From NCBI GenBank assembly GCA_024762335.1, contig JANTHO010000001.1:805-64804 (forward strand): 64,000 nt of DNA. Direction: 5' to 3'. Under the pieces are notes generated by a model that saw only the letters and a list, made by a program, of their open reading frames with translations, was not told where the DNA came from and made no database searches. Source of the stretch: Acidimicrobiia bacterium (GTDB taxonomy: Bacteria > Actinomycetota > Acidimicrobiia > Spongiisociales > UBA5794). Position numbers and translations under genes: made by a program. Positions 59,101 through 64,000 of the stretch are shown piece by piece (position 1 is the stretch's first letter; each line of letters starts with the position of its first letter).

Positions 59101-60672
59101 GGGAACCGCTACTTCCTTGAGGATCGTCACAATCCCCGCGGTCTGGCCTGCCGAAGAATCGTCGGTGACCGAACGACCGTCGGCCGACCCGGTGAGCGTG
59201 ATCTGGTTCTCCCACGAGTCGGCGGCGAGCACCGGCGCGGCGTTCGCGAGGTTCTCCCGATAGTGGGTGAGTGTGAGCGTGGTATAGGTGATCTGTGTCG
59301 ATGCATCCGGGCCCATGTCGGCGAGGTTCCAGACGACCGTCCAGGTGCCATCGTTGTTTTCGGTCGCGGAAGCCCACGCCGGGGTGGATCCGGTCGGTTG
59401 GAGTCCGTCCGGCACGGTGTCGACCACGACGATCGACGTGGCGGCCGCTGTGTATTCGGATACCTGAACGTCGACGGTCCACGTGCTTGTCTGCCCGGGC
59501 ACGATAGTGTCGGGAGACACGCTCTTCTGAAGCGCGATGTCTTCAGACGTCACCGTCATGTCACCAAAATGCGTGTACGACGTGTTGTTGTGGGAGTAGG
59601 TTCCGGTGGCGAGGGCGCGGTTCGTGAATGCGAGTTCGCTCCCCGATTCCTGGGTTGTTGCGCCGTTGTTGTTGTCGATGTTGGAAGCCTGCGCTCCGTC
59701 GGCCGCCGGCTCTCCCCCGGCTCCTGTCCAGGTCATGGTGTTCATCTGCATGGGGATGGCCGCTGCGTAGTTGAACGTGTACGTTCCCCCGGTTGGAATG
59801 TCGACGTCACCGAGCGGTCCTGCCGCGTTCCATACGACATGGGTGTAGACCCCGGCGGGGAGTCCCGCCGGAACACCGGTCGTCACCGTTTCGACGATCG
59901 TCGGAAGCACACAGTTCGGGGTGAGCGGGGTGCTGATCGGACCACTGCCGGTGTACTCCTCCCCAATGGTCGAGTTGTCTCCTCCACCGCAGGCGAGGAA
60001 CTCGATCCCGGCGGGGATCCAGTCGTGGATCTCGAAGTCGTTCGTCGGGGCGTTCGGATTGTTCTCGATCGTGATCGTGTAGACGGTTGGTTCGTTGTGC
60101 AGCCCCCGGACGAGTTCGGCCTCCGGGCTCTGTTCGGTCTTGAGTACCCGGAACGCGACGACGTCGGTCGAGCCCGACCCGGTGGCGTTTCCGTCGAAGT
60201 CGCCGGTGACGGTTCCCGTGACGGGGTCGAAGTCTGGGACGAGTCGCGGATTCGGATCGACGTACGCCTCGGCGTTGATCGTGATCGCGGAACCCACGGG
60301 GACCGACGAGGTGTGGTCGATCGTGAAGGTGAACGACGCGTCGTTGTTGGCAAGGAGGTCGGAGACGTTCTCGAAGAACAGGATCGACGGGTCATTCCCA
60401 TAGGTCGGCGTCACCGGGCCGCCGGCGAAAGTGACTCCGGGCGGGAGCACGACGCGGTACGAGAGGTTGTACCCGTCCGTGCCCGTCGGATTGGACGCGG
60501 TCAATGTCACTTCCGTGGTGTCCGTGTGCAACGTCTCGGTCGGCATCGACACGGTGAGAGCGATGTCGGGGGTGCCCGCGGCTTCAGCGGGTTCACTGAA
60601 TGGAACGGTGAACACGAAGCTGCTCATCACGGCAATGACGAGTGCGAACGCTATTCGGATTCTGGAAAACAC
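53134..60672 (-). CDS. Giant (2512 aa) LPXTG-anchored cell-surface protein with DUF11-like repeats and 9 SdrD-B/Cna-B-like repeats
   Basis: GTG start with signal peptide MFSRIRIAFALVIAVMSSFVFTVPFSEPAEA. There are multiple ...TDT(L/V)P.GL...-type DUF11-like modules. Nine G(D/S)xVW.D.(N/D)(G/A)(D/N)G.(Q/L)(D/G) repeats are present. The C-terminal sorting signal is LPVTG (53233..53247), then a hydrophobic stretch, then RRREEGEQ. Confidence 0.9.
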   Translation of the reverse strand: MFSRIRIAFALVIAVMSSFVFTVPFSEPAEAAGTPDIALTVSMPTETLHTDTTEVTLTASNPTGTDGYNLSYRVVLPPGVTFAGGPVTPTYGNDPSILFFENVSDLLANNDASFTFTIDHTSSVPVGSAITINAEAYVDPNPRLVPDFDPVTGTVTGDFDGNATGSGSTDVVAFRVLKTEQSPEAELVRGLHNEPTVYTITIENNPNAPTNDFEIHDWIPAGIEFLACGGGDNSTIGEEYTGSGPISTPLTPNCVLPTIVETVTTGVPAGLPAGVYTHVVWNAAGPLGDVDIPTGGTYTFNYAAAIPMQMNTMTWTGAGGEPAADGAQASNIDNNNGATTQESGSELAFTNRALATGTYSHNNTSYTHFGDMTVTSEDIALQKSVSPDTIVPGQTSTWTVDVQVSEYTAAATSIVVVDTVPDGLQPTGSTPAWASATENNDGTWTVVWNLADMGPDASTQITYTTLTLTHYRENLANAAPVLAADSWENQITLTGSADGRSVTDDSSAGQTAGIVTILKEVAVPGGTVTSCGNGSPISNWNAVSAGTYGPGDRVCWRLTVTGNHLYGDDYAVQDYLPDGFAYESWAYGEHNTADTANITFDGSNAGAGYLRWSLDDNATNTNPDAVFEAVVSTTITGPTGNGPGDLLGNLMKFGGKNTDGDAYQLRDDAAAEWGAPVVGIGKSADHTVVQGSDAVAFTIAVPNAGNVEALDVEVWDVLPVGLECTTVSTISGGGACNTSPTPDRIEWTIPSIAAGDSADLTYTVTIPAGVGANETFVNEAGVRQYVTAVNTGAGARYVYVPADNIDPTQESAANTDRARDDWTLTTENLDIEKTRLTTIDESGNTLTSQATIGEQVDYTVTVTIPQGTTVYSGLLTDDYDENTLGYVAGSAAATLNGGALPPGWTIDDSGGQITVGYPATYTNLPNSGDDTVVLTFSATMLDHPSNVRGVWRRNRAEQEWRDSAGRTNRITSARGTRVVEPNLTVSKTDDDADGVVAPGQIVGYSLLITNDDGISYVSRAHDLVVTDTLPAGLECTDISNVSHGGTCADLNPDVITWNSFGDAALLALDRGAAITLTYDATFPDPIITDDTFTNTAWVGGSSMAGTPSGERDYTSPNGGLTSGYQDTDQDTLIAPQSSITKSVTPGIQTVGEPVQYTVEVVLPAGTVQYDVTVIDMLPSGIGVTSPGYTVSTLCEEGVGGSGTPCSVPITPIELTPNGNDVGWFLGDLDTTSPVNRVVTFVYDAYVDDVAAAIDGATLTNTVNVYANQIDTLGNVTQVPDAPNYDVVGTPATADVAVREPHLVLTKHVLDGATPVDARRALPNEDLTYEITLTNNGNWSAYDASVTDTITIPSGNAVSAASIVDGVDNGIAYTVTDGNPTDGTLSWRIDGPIAAGQAVTITYTVKVWNATEADENLSGPEITNSASNPSYWAVAAHTPGDGHREYAGNSDNAEIELDLASIGDYVWFDANGDGIQDATEQPIPNATVTVTYLGPDGVPGGDDEVHTTTTDAAGGYLVEDLPGGNYTVVVSGVPAGMAPTYDLDGGTATPNGTWAGALAGNEAKRDVDFGYNGTGSIGDLVWFDRDGDGVQGTDEPGIGSTQVTVTFAGFDGIAGNADDVVYVTTTAPDGSYLVDHLPAGDYTVAVTDMPLADVDPTFDRDGTPDGTTDLTLGAGESITDADFGYNGDGLVGDTVWFDRDRDGVQGLGEPGIAGVDVLLTWPGPDGVLGTPDDVVFTETTDANGEYLFDGLNRGDYSVAVDASTLPAGMDNTFDEDGDLDGQTDVALAAGESHLTADFGYGGSGSLGDFVWWDLNGDGVQDAGEPGIPGVDVEVVWAGADGVFGTPDDVTYTETTDADGLYLVEDLPDGDYRVTVLGSLPSTATNTFDYDGGGDSTADVTLAGSVANLDLDFGYVGDNTIGDTVWFDANADGVQDPTEPALSGVELTLTWAGVDGVFGTADDVSLPPVTTDSAGFYSFPALPDGDYRVDVTGGVPVGMAPTYDEDSGTTSPDQTTTVTGLAGGANHDTADFGYNGTGSIGDTIYWDVDGDGTQGPGEPGFPNVDVSVTWAGVDGVLGTSDDYAVSVTTDADGTYLADHLPGGLYEVVVDAADLPPDATQTADPDGTFDGTSRPILAAGGTDLDQDFGYRGASSVGDTVWLDVDGDASQGPGEPGVAGVGITVTWLGVDGLPGGGDDVVFPVTTDADGHYTVPGLVGGGYTVEMDTGTLPPGVVANSDLDGGDPASAAVDLGVTEDRIDVDFGVVGSASLSGTVWHDENADGVMDPGEEGIPNAVVHVTWNGPDGPIMFDVVTDATGNWSSDNLPAGEYAAVIDMTTVPLDYVPTTPETVNVTLPPLGHESVEHGVVGSAVLGSTVWVDTNGNGLLDPGETGIDGVLIELVDALGNVIDTTATTNGGEYRFTDLVPGTYTVRLIEGTIPSNLEQTYSKTGPLNLETTQSIGEGQTIMDVNFGFQERSLPVTGADLGRFLLIGLLLIAVGTILRLATRRREEGEQ
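53480..56295 (-). repeat. Tandem coding repeats (about 345-nt period, 9 units) inside the giant surface-protein gene
   Basis: The repeat-initial motif, seen on the + strand as ...GTCGAACCA(G/C)AC.GT(G/A)TC..., recurs near 53545, 53850, 54195, 54540, 54895, 55240, 55585, 55930 and 56275. The units are diverged at the nucleotide level. Confidence 0.8.
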
Positions 60673-61009
60673 GGGACCCCCCTGCGACTATCGGATATAT
60701 CCAATCCGGTGTCGGTACCGGATCCGGGCGGACGCTGCGTGCCACCATCGGACATCAGCTCCCGCTGGTGTATCGTCCAATCCGGCCGGGTACTTTAGGC
60801 GCCGGGATCGGGACCATCGGTCCTTTCGGTCCGTCCGGCAAGCGTCGCTGCAGGGGATCCATCGCCGAAGACCAGGCGGTTGCCGATACCCTGACCACCA
60901 GCAAGACTGTTGGGATCGGAAGACATCGATCAGGTCGACGCCTCCGAAAACGTCGCCGCACTGAGCAGGTTCCTCGAGCACCCCGTGCCACGCCGTCAGT
61001 ACGACCGGC

Positions 61010-61105
61010 GTGCTCGGTCAGTTCCAGCGACTCGCCGACATGAAGACGGCCGGCCTCCTCACGGATGCCGAGTTCGCCGCAGCGAAGGCGAACCTCTTCG
61101 GCTGA
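61010..61105 (+). CDS. SHOCT-domain mini-ORF or gene remnant
   Basis: This frame encodes VLGQFQRLADMKTAGLLTDAEFAAAKANLFG*, which matches the SHOCT pattern (L..L..G.LT..EF...K..L). Only a GTG or an internal ATG start is available, with no SD. The upstream frame-shifted ORF 60910.. may be its lost N-terminus. A strong hairpin follows. Confidence 0.3.
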   Translation: MLGQFQRLADMKTAGLLTDAEFAAAKANLFG

Positions 61106-61127
61106 TCGCTGCAATTCGTCGACAACA

Positions 61128-61162
61128 GGGCCGGAAGGCAGGATCATCCTGTCTTCCGGCCC
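61128..61162 (+). terminator. Strong hairpin after the SHOCT ORF
   Basis: GGGCCGGAAGGCAGGA-TCA-TCCTGTCTTCCGGCCC forms a 16-bp stem with one G-T pair. No T tract follows. It lies 38 nt upstream of the VKOR-fusion ATG. Confidence 0.45.
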
Positions 61163-61199
61163 TGGCGATATAGCCGGAGGAGTACCAATCTGACGTGAC

Positions 61200-62402
61200 A
61201 TGAGATCAAGAGTTTTCTTCCTGCTGCTCCTCATCGTCGCATCCGTTGGCACGGCGATCCCATCCTTCGCACAGACGACCGGGGATGAGGATCCGGTCGT
61301 TCGTGCCGTGCTCTTCTTCTCACCGACCTGCCCTCACTGCGAAGCCGTTATCAACGAGCACCTTCCCGGGATCTTCGACGAGTACGGGGGCAAGCCGGAC
61401 CTCTTCTTCGACGACACGCTTCCGGCCGAAGAAGTCGCCTTCTACGAGATGACGAACGGCACACTCGACCTGCTCCTCGTCGACGTCACGATCGATGCCG
61501 GAGCCAACCTCTATCTGGACGACATCGACCGTCTCCCAACCGCCGACGAACAGCGCGGCGTCCCCCGACTCACGGTCGAAGACCAGTTCTTCGTCGGAGA
61601 CGTCGACATTCCGGCCGAACTGCCCGTCATCATCGAGGACGGGATCGCTGCCGGCGGCGTCCCGTGGCCGGCGATTCCCGGTATCGAAGACGCCATCGCC
61701 GCCGTTCCGGGCATGGCGGAGGGAAATCAGCCGATCGCAGGCCAAGCCACCGACGATCCCGCCGCAGAACTCCCGGCGGCCGGTGACCAGTCCGTGATGG
61801 ATCGCCTTTCGCAGGATCCGCTCGGCAACGGATTGGCGATCGTGGTTCTCGTCGCAATGGTGATCAGCCTCATCGCGGTCCCCTTGATCATCCACCGGGG
61901 AACGCTCGGGTCCGGGCCGGTCTGGCTCGTCCCGGTGCTATCCATCATCGGGATCGCGGTCTCCACCTACCTCGGGTTCGTTGAGACGAGCGGAGCAGAA
62001 GCGGTCTGTGGCCCGGTGGGCGATTGCAACACCGTACAGCAGAGTCAGTACGCCACGATCTTCGGCATCCACATCGGGATTCTCGGCATCATCGGATATG
62101 CGGCTCTGCTCGGATTCTGGATCCTCTCCAGGGTCGGATCCGGTTCGGCCTCAGACTTCGGAGCCTTTTCGGCATCGGCAATCGCTGCGGGAGGCACCGT
62201 CTTCTCCATCTATCTGACGTTTCTCGAACCGTTCGTGATCGGCGCCACCTGCATGTGGTGCCTCACCTCCGCTGTCAGCATCGTGGCACTGTTCTGGCTC
62301 ACCGCTGCAGACGGATGGAACGCGTACCGCAGGCTCGTCGGATCCGACCCGGGCGACTCGCAGCGAAGCGGCAGCGACCGGCCGGTGTCTCAGCGAGCGT
62401 AG
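61200..62402 (+). CDS. Thioredoxin-like (CPHC) domain fused N-terminally to a vitamin K epoxide reductase (VKOR) membrane domain
   Basis: 400 aa. It has a signal peptide, FFSPTCPHCEAV, a linker and one TM segment. The VKOR core follows, with the loop cysteines CGPVGDC and the active site CMWC in the last TM. Confidence 0.8.
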   Translation: MRSRVFFLLLLIVASVGTAIPSFAQTTGDEDPVVRAVLFFSPTCPHCEAVINEHLPGIFDEYGGKPDLFFDDTLPAEEVAFYEMTNGTLDLLLVDVTIDAGANLYLDDIDRLPTADEQRGVPRLTVEDQFFVGDVDIPAELPVIIEDGIAAGGVPWPAIPGIEDAIAAVPGMAEGNQPIAGQATDDPAAELPAAGDQSVMDRLSQDPLGNGLAIVVLVAMVISLIAVPLIIHRGTLGSGPVWLVPVLSIIGIAVSTYLGFVETSGAEAVCGPVGDCNTVQQSQYATIFGIHIGILGIIGYAALLGFWILSRVGSGSASDFGAFSASAIAAGGTVFSIYLTFLEPFVIGATCMWCLTSAVSIVALFWLTAADGWNAYRRLVGSDPGDSQRSGSDRPVSQRA

Positions 62403-62821
62403 GTGCCCATCAGCGTCGCTTCCGCCAGGATGTGTCCGCCCGCCGCAGCCAGAACCGTCGTCTTGTCTGCTCCCCCGGCCAGGCCGAGCGACGCATCGAG
62501 CGCGAGGACCTTGAAGAAGTAGCGGTGCGTTCCAGAGGGAGGGCACGGCCCTCCATACCCCGGCCGCTTCCACGAATTGACTCCATCCGTGCCGAGGGAC
62601 CCAACGTCCTCTGTGATGACGTCGGTCGGTTCGATGTCGTATGCGATCCAGTGGTCCCACGTTCCGTATGGCGCATCCGGGTCGTCCATGATCAGCACGA
62701 GCGCCTCAGTCCCTTCCGGGATGTGTGCGATGTCGATCTGTGGGGACACGTCTTCGCCGTCACACGTGAAGCGAACGGGAATCGCACCTTCGTTCGGGAA
62801 CGAAGGGGACGTGATTTCCAT
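62390..62821 (-). CDS. YbhB/YbcL (PEBP / Raf-kinase-inhibitor-like) family protein
   Basis: FTCDGEDVSP, LIMDDPDAP, WDHW, GYGGPCPP and the GTHRYFFKVLALD signature are present. Confidence 0.85.
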   Translation of the reverse strand: MEITSPSFPNEGAIPVRFTCDGEDVSPQIDIAHIPEGTEALVLIMDDPDAPYGTWDHWIAYDIEPTDVITEDVGSLGTDGVNSWKRPGYGGPCPPSGTHRYFFKVLALDASLGLAGGADKTTVLAAAGGHILAEATLMGTYAR

Positions 62822-62854
62822 GCCGGCTCCTTCTGTCGATGGGTTCTTCGTACT

Positions 62855-64000
62855 TCAATCCCGTTCGGCGGCCCAGCGATCGAGCATCGCGTATGCCTCT
62901 TCCTCCGAATAGGGGCCGTCGTCGATCCTCCGCTCGGTCAACATCCTCATGATCTCACCGACGGTGCGGCCAGGCGGCAACCCGAGATAGTCCATGACCT
63001 GATTGCCGTCGATCGGCGGCCGGAGCGCTTCGAGTTCTTCCCGCTCACGCAGTTCCGCTATCCGCTCTTCGAGTTCGTCGATCCTCCGCGAAATGGCCCG
63101 CTCTCTGCGCTTGTTGCGGGTCGTCACGTCACATCGAACGAGTTCGTTCAGATCGGTGAGAAGGTCACCCGCATCGCGCACATAGCGTCGCACCGCCGAG
63201 TCGCTCCACCCCATCTTGAACGTATGCGGTCTCATGTGCAGGAACACGAGCCGCGACACGTCTTCCGTCATCTTCTTCGAATAGTGCAGCGCCTTCATGC
63301 GCCGTCGCGTCATCCGTGCGCCGACCACCTCGTGGTGATGGAACGAAACTCCTCCCGGTCCGAATTCGCGCGTCGCCGGCTTTCCGATGTCGTGGAAGAG
63401 GGCTGCTAGTCGCAGTTCGAGCCGCGGCGAGGTCTTCTCAACGACGGCGATTGTGTGTGCGAGCACGTCCTTGTGATGATGAACGGGATCTACCTCGAGT
63501 GCCAGGGCGGGAAGTTCGGGAATGAATTCCTCGGCGAGTCCTGTCTCGACGAGACCCCACAGCGCCGGTCCGACGTGGTCCCCGATCAACAGCAAGTCGA
63601 GTTCGCCTTTGATCCTTTCGGCCGAGACGATCTGGAGACGCTCGTGCATGTCACTCACCGCACGGAGCGCTTCAGCGTCTGGAGTGAAGCCGAGACGAGA
63701 AATGAACCGGAAGAGCCGGAGCATCCTCAGCGGATCGTCCCCGAAGGAAATCGTCGGGTCGATCGGCGTTCTGAGCACCTCCGCATGGAGATCGAGCAGA
63801 CCGCCGAACGGATCCACCATCTCGGGAGTCTCTTCATTCGCCGTCGGAATCCGGATGGCCATCGCGTTGACGGTGAAGTCCCGTCTCGACAAGTCCTCTT
63901 CGAGGTCGTCTGAGAAGGACACCTCGGGCTTCCTACTCTCGTCTCGATAGATCTCCGAGCGGAAGGTCGTGATCTCATGGACACGCCCGTTCTTGATCGC
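62855..64000 (-). CDS. CCA tRNA nucleotidyltransferase / poly(A) polymerase family protein with an HD domain, partial (N-terminus beyond the window end)
   Basis: The reading frame stays open upstream of the listed ATG 63922. The minus strand from 64000 reads AIKNGRVHEITTFRSEIYRDESRKPEVSFSDDLEEDLSRRDFTVNAMA. The HD motif HHKDVLAHT...LFHDIGKP follows. Confidence 0.85.
   Translation of the reverse strand, partial: AIKNGRVHEITTFRSEIYRDESRKPEVSFSDDLEEDLSRRDFTVNAMAIRIPTANEETPEMVDPFGGLLDLHAEVLRTPIDPTISFGDDPLRMLRLFRFISRLGFTPDAEALRAVSDMHERLQIVSAERIKGELDLLLIGDHVGPALWGLVETGLAEEFIPELPALALEVDPVHHHKDVLAHTIAVVEKTSPRLELRLAALFHDIGKPATREFGPGGVSFHHHEVVGARMTRRRMKALHYSKKMTEDVSRLVFLHMRPHTFKMGWSDSAVRRYVRDAGDLLTDLNELVRCDVTTRNKRRERAISRRIDELEERIAELREREELEALRPPIDGNQVMDYLGLPPGRTVGEIMRMLTERRIDDGPYSEEEAYAMLDRWAAERD

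Noticed and set aside
54645-60798. Several long + ORFs (54645..55469, 55297..56403, 56752..57549, 59263..60798) and nested minus ORFs inside the giant gene
   Set aside because: All are alternative or antisense frames of the 2512-aa surface-protein gene. Their Pro/Arg/His/Ser-rich repeats mirror the coding repeats.
60755-61252. 165-aa minus ORF in the long intergenic region
   Set aside because: Non-coding-like composition. It overlaps the VKOR-fusion start and is antisense to the SHOCT-like frame.

Overview
High-GC, gene-dense chromosomal segment that reads as core genome of an Actinomycetota bacterium. Supporting markers are ribosomal protein bS22, a PAC2 protein, a PadR-ino1 pair, VKOR and an LPXTG surface protein. 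The gene content is reminiscent of Acidimicrobiia, but that is inference only. I support about 65 protein genes and one tRNA-Gly(CCC). I saw no rRNA, CRISPR array, transposase or integrase. Many genes are translationally coupled through ATGA, GTGA or TGATG overlaps, which I used to choose start codons.

Main blocks, left to right:
- A group-3b-like [NiFe]-hydrogenase operon (beta, a cNMP-binding-like protein, gamma, delta, alpha), minus strand; the alpha gene is cut by the window start.
- PAC2, bS22, an amidotransferase, thrB and a CDF transporter.
- tRNA-Gly, a glycerophosphodiesterase, a GATase, dcd and a VOC protein.
- A minus-strand EamA / OppD-like ATPase / giant FtsX permease / two MacB-type ATPases locus.
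- The classic rpsF-ssb-rpsR-rplI-dnaB cluster.
- panB, a UvrD-like/HRDC helicase, padR-ino1 and an ABC-F protein.
- A RES-Xre toxin-antitoxin pair, nfo and uppS.
- A pyrC-pyrB-pyrF::pyrE-pyrD operon.
- A vapBC pair.
- An argC-J-B-R-G-H cluster that lacks argD and argF.
- A 2512-aa LPXTG surface protein with 9 tandem SdrD-B/Cna-B-like repeats.
- A thioredoxin-VKOR fusion, a PEBP protein and a CCA-adding enzyme cut by the window end.

I found no clear multi-gene novel system such as a defence island. The strongest second-look items are:
- a structured leader with an intrinsic terminator and an RBS-sequestering helix in front of the pyr operon;
- a 129-nt near-perfect hairpin or MITE-like element between rplI and dnaB;
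- an AbrB/SpoVT-like domain fused to an ABC ATPase;
- the cNMP-like protein embedded in the hydrogenase operon;
- the inverted-order Trx-VKOR and PyrF-PyrE fusions.

All protein calls rest on motif recognition by eye. No database search was run.
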